Below, one piece after another: positions 27,581 through 38,332 of a stretch of 64,000 bases of DNA. This stretch comes from Vagococcus sp. (GTDB lineage Bacteria > Bacillota > Bacilli > Lactobacillales > Vagococcaceae), in NCBI GenBank assembly GCA_052104115.1, contig JBQELZ010000007.1, forward strand, positions 28,012 to 92,011. The letters run 5' to 3'. The position numbers were made by a program, and so were the translations under genes. The notes beneath the pieces are model-generated. The model did no database searches. It saw only the letters and a list, made by a program, of their open reading frames with translations, and was not told the DNA's origin. Position 1 is the stretch's first letter; each line of letters opens with the position of its first letter.

Positions 27581-30304
27581 TTAGTGTAAAATATGACCTT
27601 TTTTCAAGTTTTCATTGATTTTACTAAATAGTTTTTCTGCACGTGGATAAATAATATATCCCGCTATAAAGAATGCAATCGTGACTGATACTAAGATCGA
27701 AATAGCTTTAATCGCTGTCGGCCAGTAAACACCACCCACTGACTCTCTAAGTAAATTCACAGCATGGGTAAACGGAATATATGGATGAATAGCTCTAAAG
27801 AATGGACCTGACATTTCAATTGGGAAGTTTCCTCCACCAGCCGAGATAGATAGAACCAATATAATAATCGCAATCCCTTTGCCTAAATTATCAAATAAAG
27901 CCACCAATACATAAACCATCACCATAAAGGCAACATCAATGATTAATGCAAAAATAACATTCCATACTGGGTTCATGGTATACGTACCAAGTAAAAACTG
28001 ATTACCAAGTGTTACAATCAATGTTTGGAATACCCCTACAACAACATATGTCATCATACGAGCTAAAAATTGTTGACGTTTTGAATAGCGTTTTTCTTGT
28101 TCTTCATCCAAATGGAATTTAGTTGAGGCAATACTTGAGAATAATACTGCTCCAACCCATAAACACAAAGCTGTATAGAACGGTGTACTAGCAGAACCAT
28201 AATTAGGTACTGGGTACACATCGTTTGTTTTTAATTTGACCGGACTTGAAATGAAGTCACTTTCAGAGTTAGCATCTGTTTTTAAAAACTTAATGATTTC
28301 ATCCAGATCAAACTCTTCTTCACCTTTACGAATCTTATCGCTTGCAGTATGAATACTTTTCCTAACATTTGGCCAGTCTTCTTTAATCATAGAAGAAGCT
28401 GTTGCTAATGCTTTTTCAAGTTCTGGTGCTTTATCATTTACTTTCTTCATTGTCGATTGGATATCTTTTTCAACACCAGGTAAATCATTTTTAATAAAAC
28501 CTGATGCCATCCCTAACTTGTCTTTCAACACAGGAAAGTCATTTCTAAAGAATGATGCACCATCGTTTATTCCTCCAACGATTAAAGGCATATTTCCATT
28601 TAGCACTTCATTAGCTGAGTGGATTTCTTGTTTAACAGCAGGCAATTCTTTTTGGTATTTTTTAAGGAAGCTCACTGCGTCTTCTATTGTCCCAGATGTA
28701 TTATTTAACAACTGGTCAATTCGTTTGATTAGATTATCATTAACAATACTACCTGTAATAGCTCCAGCAGATGTTAATAAATCTTGTGCTTCTTTTACTA
28801 AAATGGTCACTTCTGCTTGAATTTCTTCTCCATTGATACCATCGACAATCCCTTTGATGGTTGTAGCATCTTTACTAATAGATAGAAGAGATTCTTTTAA
28901 TTGTCCTGGAGCCGCTACAAATGACTCCCAATTGCCTAAGATATTTTGTACCTTTTGATTCGTTGTATCTACCATCGTTTTCGCATTAGATAGACGTTCG
29001 ATTACACCTTCTAAACGATTTGAATTGTCCCCTTGAATCAATTGAAGGGTTTCAATCATTCTTCCTAATATCTCACTTTGTTTATCCAAACGTGACGATA
29101 ATTTCACTAGTTCTGAGTGGATTACTTCTGCCTGAGCTTCTGTAATGTCGTCATCTGGTATTAGTGTTGCTAAATTTGCTGATAAATTAGCAACATCACC
29201 TGAAATCACAGATAAAATATTCAAGCCTGCATCTATTCCCGGACCAACTGTTTCTAATGATTTACTGATTTCATCTAAAGTCTCTTTCAATTCTGGTATC
29301 ATCTTATTCGCATCTTTTGCTAATTGACTTACTTTTGGCAACACTTTTTGTGCGTCAGATATAATGCCTAATCCGTTTTCCGCTTCTGTCACTGCTTGAT
29401 CCATCATGGCTACGATCTTATCAAAATCTTGATCAATCATATTAACTTGACGTCCCGCATTTTGAATGTCAGGAATTTTGTCTTGTACCGTATAAACTAG
29501 TTTTCCAGTCTCTTCTATTTGTGGCATTTTATCATTTATCTTTAATACCTTTTGCGACATTTTATTTGCTTCGGGTATCAAATCTACAAACTCATTGGCC
29601 TTATTTAATTTTTCTTTAAACTCAGGCATTCTATTATTCAGATCTACTACTTCTTTCGTGTAACCATCAATGACATCCATGTTATCATCAATTTCTAAAA
29701 TTTTAGTCGTCATTTTACGGATAGATGGTAAATTGCTATCCAAATCAAATCCGACTTCATTAAATACCTCTAGCAAGGTCTTTGTCACCGTTGTAATGAA
29801 CTCTTTAGAGATGTTTTCTTGAATGGTACCTGCTCCTTTATCCGAAATTTTTGGTGCGATCGCATTAATTTTTTGATTCACACTATACACAATTTCAGGG
29901 TGTTTAATTTCGCCTTTTGTCACGAAACTAACTAAATTATCTGAAAAATTAGAGGGCAAGTAAACCCCTGCATAATATTTACCACTCTTCACACCTTTAT
30001 CTAGGTCCTCTTTGGAATCGACAAACTGCCATCCTAGCGAATCATTATCTTTTAGATTACCGATAATTTCATCACCAATGTTCACATCTTTATCCATGAC
30101 ATCTACTGTTTTATCATCTGAATAGACAGCTATTTTAATGTCACCTGTATTCGAATACGGATCCCATAAAGCACCTATATTGAACCATGCATATAGAGAT
30201 GGTATAGCCATTAAGGCGATGATTAACACAAAGGTTAATTTGTTTTTATAAATTCTTATCCAATCAAGCTTGAACAGTTCAAAAACATGTTTAAATCTTT
30301 CCAC
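27581..30304 (-). CDS. YhgE/Pip-domain membrane protein (phage infection protein family)
   Basis: N-terminal TM plus YAWFNI..LWDPY.NT, a long helical ectodomain, VPNYGS.STPFY and five C-terminal TMs with GGNFPIE. Confidence 0.9.
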   Translation of the reverse strand: MERFKHVFELFKLDWIRIYKNKLTFVLIIALMAIPSLYAWFNIGALWDPYSNTGDIKIAVYSDDKTVDVMDKDVNIGDEIIGNLKDNDSLGWQFVDSKEDLDKGVKSGKYYAGVYLPSNFSDNLVSFVTKGEIKHPEIVYSVNQKINAIAPKISDKGAGTIQENISKEFITTVTKTLLEVFNEVGFDLDSNLPSIRKMTTKILEIDDNMDVIDGYTKEVVDLNNRMPEFKEKLNKANEFVDLIPEANKMSQKVLKINDKMPQIEETGKLVYTVQDKIPDIQNAGRQVNMIDQDFDKIVAMMDQAVTEAENGLGIISDAQKVLPKVSQLAKDANKMIPELKETLDEISKSLETVGPGIDAGLNILSVISGDVANLSANLATLIPDDDITEAQAEVIHSELVKLSSRLDKQSEILGRMIETLQLIQGDNSNRLEGVIERLSNAKTMVDTTNQKVQNILGNWESFVAAPGQLKESLLSISKDATTIKGIVDGINGEEIQAEVTILVKEAQDLLTSAGAITGSIVNDNLIKRIDQLLNNTSGTIEDAVSFLKKYQKELPAVKQEIHSANEVLNGNMPLIVGGINDGASFFRNDFPVLKDKLGMASGFIKNDLPGVEKDIQSTMKKVNDKAPELEKALATASSMIKEDWPNVRKSIHTASDKIRKGEEEFDLDEIIKFLKTDANSESDFISSPVKLKTNDVYPVPNYGSASTPFYTALCLWVGAVLFSSIASTKFHLDEEQEKRYSKRQQFLARMMTYVVVGVFQTLIVTLGNQFLLGTYTMNPVWNVIFALIIDVAFMVMVYVLVALFDNLGKGIAIIILVLSISAGGGNFPIEMSGPFFRAIHPYIPFTHAVNLLRESVGGVYWPTAIKAISILVSVTIAFFIAGYIIYPRAEKLFSKINENLKKGHILH

Positions 30305-30307
30305 TTT

Positions 30308-30793
30308 CTACGCCTCCTGACTCATGTACTGATTCCAGTCTCTCCTAGGTATTTCACCATAGTCTTTAAACACTTCTGATAAAACATCCTGAACTGAAAT
30401 TTGTTTCAATTCATCGTCCCATTTTTGATCTGCTTGAGCAAAGCATTCTGAAATAACGTTATTTCCATTTTGGGCAATTTCATTAAAATCTGAAAATGCA
30501 CGTTCTAAAATGCCAACATGTGGAAACGACTGCATTGGTCCTTCAATTGCTTCGACTATTTCCAGTAAGCTGATATCATTTAGCGATTTTTCAATATAAA
30601 AACCGCCATTATTTCCAGACACACCCTCAATAATCTTTGAGACCACTAATTTTCTCAACAATTTTTTTACATATGATTGTGATACAGATAATTTTTGATG
30701 AATAGCCATTGAAGAAGCAGGAAGGTCATCATTTTGAGTCGCTAAAATGGCAACTATCGCTAATGCTTGTTCTGTCGCGTTGGTTAATTTCAT
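30308..30793 (-). CDS. Rrf2-family transcriptional regulator (no Fe-S Cys triad)
   Basis: MKLTNATEQAL...VSQSYVKKLLRKLV...G.SGNNGGF...ISLLEIVEAIEG; only one Cys. Confidence 0.9.
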   Translation of the reverse strand: MKLTNATEQALAIVAILATQNDDLPASSMAIHQKLSVSQSYVKKLLRKLVVSKIIEGVSGNNGGFYIEKSLNDISLLEIVEAIEGPMQSFPHVGILERAFSDFNEIAQNGNNVISECFAQADQKWDDELKQISVQDVLSEVFKDYGEIPRRDWNQYMSQEA

Positions 30794-30826
30794 GAAACCT
30801 CCATCCTTTCTCTACTTCAAATAGCT

Positions 30827-30855
30827 ATTATAGACTTTCTTTATCCACAATGCAA
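30827..30855 (-). promoter_or_regulatory. sigmaA promoter of rrf2-pip with a candidate operator in the spacer
   Basis: TTGCAT-N17-TATAAT. The spacer carries the imperfect palindrome TTGTGGA-N9-TCTATAA. Confidence 0.65.
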
Positions 30856-31419
30856 TATATTTAATTGGATTTTATATTTTTTAATAAAATGAAGAAAAAA
30901 GGGTTTTTATTAGTTTAACACATATGTTAATAAATATCTTTTTTTAATATATAACTCCACTCTTAGTATTATAATAGACACTTTTATTCCGTTTAATATA
31001 AAATAAAATCAATAAAAAAGAGAAACATCTAAAAAGACACCCCTTTTTCTATTGCTTCCATCTACATTTAATTGTCTTTTTCATGTCTTTTAATATTAGT
31101 GATGGCATGATCAATTGATTCCGTTACCTCGTAACTAGGACTCTTGCAACCTTGATGTCCCTCTTACTGACCTTATCACTAAAGCCTCACAAAAAAACTA
31201 TCGCTCTAATCGAACATTCTACTGGCTAATACCACAATTTCCTCACACCTCTAACTTTTATTTGTCTCTTATAGATGGTATCGGAATATGGATGTTTTTT
31301 ACGTGAATACTATTTATAGTGACTTTAATGGTATCTAGCTACCTCTCTATCATACCATTCCTTTATTTCCGTCTATACTACCATTACAATCCTTTACTTT
31401 TATAATACCTATCAAAAAA

Positions 31420-31455
31420 ATAGCTAACAGATTAGATCTGTTAGCTATTTTTTAT
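31420..31455. terminator. pnp terminator
   Basis: AAAAAAATAGCTAACAGAT-TAG-ATCTGTTAGCTATTTTTTT. Confidence 0.85.
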
Positions 31456-33588
31456 TTATTTTTGTTCTTCTTTTTTCTCTTCAGGTTTTTCAATCATAGC
31501 TTTTCGAGATGCGTTCACTCTACCTTGTTTGTCAATCTCTGTTACCTTCACTAGAATTTCGTCGTCTAATTTTACAACATCTTCTACTTTGTTGACACGT
31601 TCATGAGCAAATTGTGAGATATGAACTAAGGCATCTTTTCCTTTGAATAAGTTTACAAACGCACCAAATTTTTCAATACGAACCACTTTAGCAAGGTACA
31701 CTTGGCCAACTTCAACTTCACGAACTAATTCTTTAATAATTTCAATTGCACGATCAATCTTAGCCTGATCTGAATGAGCAATGCTAACATTTCCTTCTTG
31801 ATCAATATCAATTTTAACATCTGTTTCCTCGATAATTTTATTGATGGTTTCTCCACCTTTACCGATAACTGATTTAATTTTTTCAGGTTTAATTTGAATC
31901 ATTTCAATCTTAGGTGCATACTGACTTAACTCCGCACGTGGTTCACAAATAGTTGATGTTATCTCAGCCAAAATTTCCATACGTGCTTTTTTAGCTTGGG
32001 TTAACGCTTCTGTCAAGATTTTTTGTGTGATTCCTTCAATTTTTATATCCATTTGTAGAGCTGTGATACCATCTTTCGTACCAGCTACTTTAAAGTCCAT
32101 GTCTCCTAAGTGGTCTTCCATACCTTGGATATCTGTTAAGATAGTATAATCTTCTCCGTCCATCACAAGGCCCATTGCAATACCTGCAACTGGTGCTTTG
32201 ATTGGAACACCCGCATCCATTAATGCTAAAATACCACCACAGATACTTGCTTGAGATGATGATCCGTTTGATTCTAATACTTCAGATACCACACGAATCA
32301 TGTATGGAAATTCTTCTTCACTTGGTATAACTTGTGCCATTGCACGTTCACCAAGTGCACCATGACCAATTTCACGTCGACCAGGTCCACGAGTTGGACC
32401 TGTTGATCCTACAGAAAATTGTGGGAAATTATAATGGTGGATAAAACGTTTGCTATCTTCAATTCCTAATCCATCAATAATTTGATGCTCTCCTAAAGGA
32501 GCTAATGTACATACAGATAAAGCTTGTGTTTGTCCACGTGTAAAGAGTCCAGATCCATGAACGCGAGGTAAAATCCCCACTTCTGATGACAATGGACGTA
32601 TTTCATCTACCTTACGACCATCAGGACGAACCTTATCGACAGTAATTAAACGTCTTACTTCATTTTTTTCCATGTCTTCTAAAATTTGACGAACTTCTTT
32701 TAATAACTTAGCTAATTCTTCTTCAGCAGCAAATTTTTCTTCATATAATGTATAGATTTCGTCTTTTAAAGCATTAATATTATCTTCTCTTGCTAATTTT
32801 TCTTCTGTTTGAATCGCTTCAACCATTTTACCTTTATAGGCATCATTGATTTCAATTTCTAATTCTGGATCAACTTGCAATAAACTGATTTCCATTTTTT
32901 CTTTACCGATTTCATTTGCAATCATTGATTGAAATTCAACAAGACGTTGAACTTCTTCATGTCCAAATAATAAGGCACCTAACATCGCTTCTTCTGATAC
33001 TTCTTTTGCACCACTCTCAACCATATTGATAGCGTCTTTCGTACCAGCGACTGTTAATTCAATATCTGATAACTCCGCTTGTTCAATGGTTGGATTGATG
33101 ACATACTCACCATTTACGCGTCCAACTTCAACACCAGCAATTGGGCCATTAAACGGTATATCAGATATAGACAATGCAAGGGACGATCCTAGCATAGCAG
33201 CCATTTCTGGTTGACAGTCTTGCTCCACACTCATAACAACGTTTGTTATTTGAACTTCATTACGAAATCCTTCGGCAAACATTGGACGAATAGGGCGGTC
33301 AATCAAACGAGCTGTTAACGTTGCTGTTTCACTTGGACGGCCTTCACGTTTAATAAATCCACCAGGAACTTTACCTACTGCGTACATTTTTTCTTCATAG
33401 TTAACGGTTAATGGGAAAAAATCAACATCTTTTGCTTGTTTTGATGCAACTGCTGCTGATAAGACAACAGTATCACCATATCTTACCAATACTGCACCAT
33501 TTGCTTGTTTTGCCAACTGTCCAATCTCAACAGATAGAGGTCTTCCACCCCAAGTTGTTTCAAACACTTTTTTTTCAGTATTCATCAT
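31456..33588 (-). CDS. pnp: Polyribonucleotide nucleotidyltransferase
   Basis: [52 protein letters not shown], then KH and S1 domains. Start at MMNTEKK behind AAGGAG. Confidence 0.98.
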   Translation of the reverse strand: MMNTEKKVFETTWGGRPLSVEIGQLAKQANGAVLVRYGDTVVLSAAVASKQAKDVDFFPLTVNYEEKMYAVGKVPGGFIKREGRPSETATLTARLIDRPIRPMFAEGFRNEVQITNVVMSVEQDCQPEMAAMLGSSLALSISDIPFNGPIAGVEVGRVNGEYVINPTIEQAELSDIELTVAGTKDAINMVESGAKEVSEEAMLGALLFGHEEVQRLVEFQSMIANEIGKEKMEISLLQVDPELEIEINDAYKGKMVEAIQTEEKLAREDNINALKDEIYTLYEEKFAAEEELAKLLKEVRQILEDMEKNEVRRLITVDKVRPDGRKVDEIRPLSSEVGILPRVHGSGLFTRGQTQALSVCTLAPLGEHQIIDGLGIEDSKRFIHHYNFPQFSVGSTGPTRGPGRREIGHGALGERAMAQVIPSEEEFPYMIRVVSEVLESNGSSSQASICGGILALMDAGVPIKAPVAGIAMGLVMDGEDYTILTDIQGMEDHLGDMDFKVAGTKDGITALQMDIKIEGITQKILTEALTQAKKARMEILAEITSTICEPRAELSQYAPKIEMIQIKPEKIKSVIGKGGETINKIIEETDVKIDIDQEGNVSIAHSDQAKIDRAIEIIKELVREVEVGQVYLAKVVRIEKFGAFVNLFKGKDALVHISQFAHERVNKVEDVVKLDDEILVKVTEIDKQGRVNASRKAMIEKPEEKKEEQK

Positions 33589-33606
33589 TATTATTTTCTC
33601 CTTTGA

Positions 33607-33697
33607 GCAAACCACGTGACTGATCTACTAAACAAATGTCAACAGCTTTAACAAAGCTTCTCACATTTGGATAGTAGTGTCACTTTCACGTTTTTGC
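33607..33697 (-). promoter_or_regulatory. Long irregular hairpin in the rpsO-pnp intergenic leader (candidate RNase III site)
   Basis: Nested complementary segments GCAAA/TTTGC, ACGTGA/TCACGT, CTACT/AGTAG, CAAATGT/ACATTTG and AGCTT/AAGCT. Confidence 0.55.
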
Positions 33698-33761
33698 GAT
33701 TTTTTTATTAAAAGAAAAGTGAGATCTAAAACAGACCTCACTTCTTTAAAATTATCAACTA

Positions 33762-34031
33762 TTAACGACGTAGACCTAAACGTTTGATTAGTTCACGGTA
33801 ACGTTGAACATCATTTTTACGTAAGTAAGCTAATAAATTACGACGGTGACCAACTTTTTTCATTAGTCCACGGTATGAATGATGATCTTTTTTATGTACA
33901 TGAGCATGCTCATTTAATGCATTGATTTCTGCAGTTAATACAGCAATTTGTACTTCTGGAGAACCAGTATCTCCTTCATGACGTGCGTATTCTTTGATGA
34001 TTTCATTTTTACGTTCTTTTGTAATTGCCAT
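33762..34031 (-). CDS. rpsO: 30S ribosomal protein S15
   Basis: [12 protein letters not shown]...[10 protein letters not shown]...[10 protein letters not shown]. Confidence 0.99.
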   Translation of the reverse strand: MAITKERKNEIIKEYARHEGDTGSPEVQIAVLTAEINALNEHAHVHKKDHHSYRGLMKKVGHRRNLLAYLRKNDVQRYRELIKRLGLRR

Positions 34032-34039
34032 TTCTTTCA

Positions 34040-34125
34040 CCTCTAATTAGTATTTTCCCTATATCTGCGTAATTCGTTGGTGATTCGAAAAACATAGAAA
34101 TAGGCTGTGGATATAAAATATCACA
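34040..34125 (-). ncRNA. S15 leader (autoregulatory 5' UTR)
   Basis: Structured UTR directly upstream of rpsO (CTATTTCTATG...CATAG-type pairing). Assigned from position and known Firmicute S15 leaders. Confidence 0.5.
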
Positions 34126-34287
34126 CATTGGTACTTTAACTGATTTTAAGAATAAAAGCAAGGATTTATTACCTTTTTTATCCATTTATTTGATTCAACC
34201 TCTTCCAATTTATCAAAACAAATATTACAATAGAATCGTCGTACTATGATAATATAGAATTGTAAATAGAAAGGAAGTGTATCACAT

Positions 34288-34851
34288 ATGATTACAATGG
34301 ATGATATTATCCGTGAAGGAAATCCTACACTTCGCCAAGTTGCTGAAGACGTACCATTCCCTCTATCTAATGAAGATAAACTATTAGGCGATGACATGCA
34401 TGAGTTTTTAAAGAACAGTCAAGACCCAGAGTTAGCTGAAAAATATCAATTACGTGGCGGTGTCGGCTTAGCTGCTCCCCAATTAGATATCTCAAAAAGA
34501 ATCATTGCCGTAGAAATCCCTAGTATGGACGAGGACACGGACACACCTCTTTTAAGTGCTGTGATGTACAATCCTAAAGTCCTAAGTCATTCAGTCCAAG
34601 AAGCCTGTTTAGAAGAAGGTGAAGGATGCTTGTCTGTTGATCGTTCTGTCCCAGGTTACGTCATAAGAAATGCTCGTATTACTATTTCTTATCAAGACAA
34701 AGATGGCAACGCTCATAAAATACGATTAAAAAATTACGCTGCAATCGTCGTCCAACATGAGTTAGATCATCTGAATGGTGTCATGTTCTATGACCATATC
34801 AATGATAAAAATCCATTTTATGCATCGGATGATGTCCTACTTATTCAATAA
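34288..34851 (+). CDS. def: Peptide deformylase
   Basis: [14 protein letters not shown] and QHELDHLNG motifs. Confidence 0.97.
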   Translation: MITMDDIIREGNPTLRQVAEDVPFPLSNEDKLLGDDMHEFLKNSQDPELAEKYQLRGGVGLAAPQLDISKRIIAVEIPSMDEDTDTPLLSAVMYNPKVLSHSVQEACLEEGEGCLSVDRSVPGYVIRNARITISYQDKDGNAHKIRLKNYAAIVVQHELDHLNGVMFYDHINDKNPFYASDDVLLIQ

Positions 34852-34884
34852 AAAGGAGTTGTTTCAAAGAAACAACCCCTTTTT

Positions 34885-35562
34885 TTATTTCACTAATCCT
34901 AATTTCACCAGTGCTTTGTAGATACCATCTTTATTATTAGTATCAGTCACGAGGTTACTAATGACTTTTAACTCTTCTCGCGCATTTCCCATCGCAACTC
35001 CCATACCTGCATACTCAATCATTTCCATATCGTTTCGTCCGTCTCCAAATGCAACAATATCAGTTTGAGGTATGCCTAGACTATTAGAGACATGTTTTAA
35101 TGTTTCTGCTTTTGAAACATGTTCAGACAAAATATCCACACCATATTCATGCCAACGAGCAAACTTAAGTGCCGGAAAATTTTGGGCAAATAAAGGCATT
35201 TTTGTTTCAGTTTTAGGTTTTTCTTGTCTTAGTCGTGTATCCATTAAACTGTAGTACAAGACATCAACATCTGCTTTATCGCATGTTTCAATCACACGTG
35301 ACATATCGTCTCTATCTAAGGGATTGCTATAAACAAGCTCTTCATTTAAAAAAGCTACCGCTCCATTACTTAAGATGACATCTTTTAGACCTGCTTCTTT
35401 TAAGACATCTACCGCTAATGGATAACTTCTCCCTGTTGCACACATGACTTTGTGTCCCGATTTTTTTAATTGGGTGATTGCCTCAATAGTGCTAGGTAGT
35501 ATCTTATGCTGATCATTGTGTAATGTGCCATCAATATCAAACACAACTAATTTTTTCGTCAT
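34885..35562 (-). CDS. Cof-type HAD phosphatase (short; cap domain appears partly deleted)
   Basis: FDIDGTL, ATGR, SKA, AFGDGRNDMEM, VAMGNA; only 225 aa. Confidence 0.85.
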   Translation of the reverse strand: MTKKLVVFDIDGTLHNDQHKILPSTIEAITQLKKSGHKVMCATGRSYPLAVDVLKEAGLKDVILSNGAVAFLNEELVYSNPLDRDDMSRVIETCDKADVDVLYYSLMDTRLRQEKPKTETKMPLFAQNFPALKFARWHEYGVDILSEHVSKAETLKHVSNSLGIPQTDIVAFGDGRNDMEMIEYAGMGVAMGNAREELKVISNLVTDTNNKDGIYKALVKLGLVK

Positions 35563-35621
35563 CTTAATCCTCCAATAATGTTTTAAACCATTATTATAAC
35601 AAATATCGCCTACCTTTATAT

Positions 35622-36416
35622 CTAATCAAGATACTCCAATGACTCATCATTATTCAACCAAGCATACGTTAATCCGATAACTAAACCACCACCGACAAAA
35701 TTACCAATAAATGTCAAAATAATATTATGTAGCAATGTACTAAGTGTCAAGCCCGCGATAATACCACCAGAAGAAAAATAAGCTAATGGAAAATAAATAA
35801 AATTAGCAATCACATGTTCAAACCCTAAAAATGTAAAAATGAAAATCACAAATAAAATTGATACAAACCGTCCGATATCATCTTTTACCTTCATAGACAT
35901 CAATACAGCTAAATTAACAATAATATTAGCAAACATTGCTTCTACTAATGTTTGTACCGTCCCTTTTTGTAATTTACCTTCGACAATATGGAGTAAAAAA
36001 TTGTCCCCAGGTAGGTCATTAAATGCACCTGTTAAAGAGAGTAAAAAAGCTACTAACAATGCCCCTAATAAATTAAATAGTACACAAACTAACAATATTT
36101 TCAGTGATTTAGACGCTGACAATTTCTTTCTAAATGTCGCAACTGTCATGTACATCATATTAGATGTGCCTAGTTCAGCATTTAAAAAAATAATCAATGC
36201 CAACCCAATTCCAAACATAAACGCATACAATATTTTCCCAACACCACCATCAAATTTGAGACCTAAGCCTAATGCTATAGCTGAACCTAAGCTCAAATAT
36301 AATGTAGCTAAAACAGATCGTCCTGCATATCTTGAGAAACTTTTATCTATTAAGTCATTCTTTTTTCTAATCGAACCGTCAATCTTAGTCATTAACTCCG
36401 AATTGCTACTTGTCAT
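35622..36416 (-). CDS. Formate/nitrite transporter family channel
   Basis: AELGTSNMMY, LVEAMFANIIVNLA, GFEHVIAN, GNFVGGG. Confidence 0.9.
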   Translation of the reverse strand: MTSSNSELMTKIDGSIRKKNDLIDKSFSRYAGRSVLATLYLSLGSAIALGLGLKFDGGVGKILYAFMFGIGLALIIFLNAELGTSNMMYMTVATFRKKLSASKSLKILLVCVLFNLLGALLVAFLLSLTGAFNDLPGDNFLLHIVEGKLQKGTVQTLVEAMFANIIVNLAVLMSMKVKDDIGRFVSILFVIFIFTFLGFEHVIANFIYFPLAYFSSGGIIAGLTLSTLLHNIILTFIGNFVGGGLVIGLTYAWLNNDESLEYLD

Positions 36417-36594
36417 ACCACTTACTCCTCTTCATTTCATTTGTTTGATTTATCACATAATTCTACGATAACTTCTTAAACTATTCTACCTTTTAACGAA
36501 AAAAAATACGTCAAAAAGACAATATTCAATGTTTTAGAAACAAGTTAACTATTTTTATTGACTTGGCCTACAATTCCGTTGTATAATATAATTT

Positions 36595-36760
36595 GTGTAA
36601 AATAATGCAGCTAGAAAGTAAGCAGCTCGTCATTAGTTTATTTGCCTTAATTGGGTTCAATTGTGTAACCACGGCTGCAAAGGTGAAGATTGAAGAATGA
36701 ACTAACCGATTGTTAATATTTTCAAGGAATTATTTTACTCCAAATAAAAAACATATTGGA
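36595..36760 (+). ncRNA. S4 leader (rpsD 5' UTR)
   Basis: Long UTR after a TTGACT/TATAAT promoter with GCAGC...GCTGC pairing upstream of rpsD. S4 autoregulatory leaders are known in Firmicutes. Confidence 0.6.
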
Positions 36761-36771
36761 GGAATTACCAC

Positions 36772-37383
36772 ATGTCACGTTATACTGGACCAAGTTGGAA
36801 AATTTCAAGACGCTTAGGTATTTCATTATCAGGAACTGGTAAAGAATTAGCTCGCCGTCCTTACGCACCAGGTCAACACGGACCTAACCAAAGAAGAAAC
36901 AAATCTGAATACGGAATGCAATTAACTGAAAAACAAAAATTGCGTCATATGTACGGTTTAAACGAACGTCAATTCCGTAACTTATTCTTTAGAGCTGGAC
37001 AAATCAAAGAAGGAAAACACGGTGTTAACTTTATGGTGTTATTAGAACGTCGTTTAGATAACGTTGTTTACCGCCTTGGTTTAGCTACAACTCGTCGTCA
37101 AGCACGTCAATTTGTTAACCACGGTCATATCTTGGTTGATGGAAAACGCGTTGACATCCCTTCTTACGAAGTGGAAGTAGGACAAGTTATTTCTGTTCGT
37201 GAAAAATCTAAAGATTTAGCTTTCATTAAAGAAGCTGCTGAATCAACTATGGGTCGCCCAGCTTTCGTTAGCTTCGACGCTGAAAAACTTGAAGGTAGCT
37301 TAACTCGTTTACCTGAACGTGAAGAATTACCACAAGATATCGACGAATCATTCGTTGTTGAATTCTACAACAAATTACTATAA
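36772..37383 (+). CDS. rpsD: 30S ribosomal protein S4
   Basis: [16 protein letters not shown]...[13 protein letters not shown]...[10 protein letters not shown]. Confidence 0.99.
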   Translation: MSRYTGPSWKISRRLGISLSGTGKELARRPYAPGQHGPNQRRNKSEYGMQLTEKQKLRHMYGLNERQFRNLFFRAGQIKEGKHGVNFMVLLERRLDNVVYRLGLATTRRQARQFVNHGHILVDGKRVDIPSYEVEVGQVISVREKSKDLAFIKEAAESTMGRPAFVSFDAEKLEGSLTRLPEREELPQDIDESFVVEFYNKLL

Positions 37384-37434
37384 GATTCTCTTATGGTTAC
37401 AAAAAAACACTTTCCTTTATTGGAAAGTGTTTTT

Positions 37435-38187
37435 TTAATAAATAATTTTAGTTTTCCCTAAATAATCTGTTTCTATATCTGAATTCAATTTTTTTTCAGT
37501 GATAATCCCAGTGACACCTTCGATTTCTGAAACTTTAATCAACCCAATTTTTTCAAATTTTTCTGTTTGGGCAACAATATATTTTTCTATTGAATTATTT
37601 AGTATTGTTTTTTTCGCTTCCGACTCTAAAAATGTTTTTGTCGAAATTCCATGATCACTATGTATGCCATTAGCACCAATAAACGAAACATGATATGAAA
37701 ATTGGGAAAAAGATTTTACTGCTACTGGCCCTTCAAAAGATCTATGTTTGTGAATGTAGTTTCCACCTGTGCAAATCAAATTGATTTGATTTTTATGAGC
37801 TATTATTTCACAAACATCCAAAGAGTTTGTCACTAGCGTCATAGGTTGATTTGGTAGTTCCTGTGCAATTAAAGTTGTTATAGTACTTGTATTTAGAGCC
37901 ACAAACATATTAGGTTGTACAAATTCTATCGCTTTTTTGGCAATATCCAATTTTATATCCAAATCTTCTATACTCTTTTTGGAGTAATCTGTCTGCTTTG
38001 TATAATCTTCATTGAGAATTGCACCTCCATGAATTCGAGTTAAAACGCCACCTTTTTCTAACTCAGATAAATCTTTCCTAACAGTTGTTTTAGCAACCCC
38101 TAAACTATCAGATAATTCATTTACAGTGACTGTTTTATTGCAGTTTAGTTGATTTACTATAGCTATTCGTCGTTCTATTTCTAGCAT
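37435..38187 (-). CDS. DeoR/GlpR-family sugar-responsive regulator
   Basis: HTH LGVAKTTVRKDL..LE..G.LTRIHGGA plus a DeoR sensor domain. Start at MLEIERR behind GGAGG. Confidence 0.92.
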   Translation of the reverse strand: MLEIERRIAIVNQLNCNKTVTVNELSDSLGVAKTTVRKDLSELEKGGVLTRIHGGAILNEDYTKQTDYSKKSIEDLDIKLDIAKKAIEFVQPNMFVALNTSTITTLIAQELPNQPMTLVTNSLDVCEIIAHKNQINLICTGGNYIHKHRSFEGPVAVKSFSQFSYHVSFIGANGIHSDHGISTKTFLESEAKKTILNNSIEKYIVAQTEKFEKIGLIKVSEIEGVTGIITEKKLNSDIETDYLGKTKIIY

Positions 38188-38256
38188 GTTCACCCTCCTT
38201 TCCACAAAACTTCCAACATATTATAACATGACTTCTTATAAAAATATAATATTCCA

Positions 38257-38307
38257 AAAAATCGTTTTCACTCGTTTGTTGACTTTTAAACTCGTTATTG
38301 CTATAGT
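38257..38307 (+). promoter_or_regulatory. Aldolase-PTS promoter with a cre-like site and direct repeats
   Basis: TTGACT-N17-TATAGT (38279-38307); cre-like TGAAAACGATTTTT on the minus strand (38257-38270); ACTCGTT repeated 20 bp apart (38270, 38290). Confidence 0.65.
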
Positions 38308-38332
38308 TTAGTTATCAAAAGGAGGAATCATC

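Noticed and set aside
27581-30304. Pip/YhgE as part of a type VII secretion (EsaA) locus
   Set aside because: No essA/B/C or WXG100 genes are adjacent.
35839-36471. 210-aa plus-strand ORF (and similar antisense ORFs at 1653, 13465, 18637, 19081, 28518, 40659, 45005 and others)
   Set aside because: Antisense shadows of well-supported genes; no RBS or recognisable motifs.
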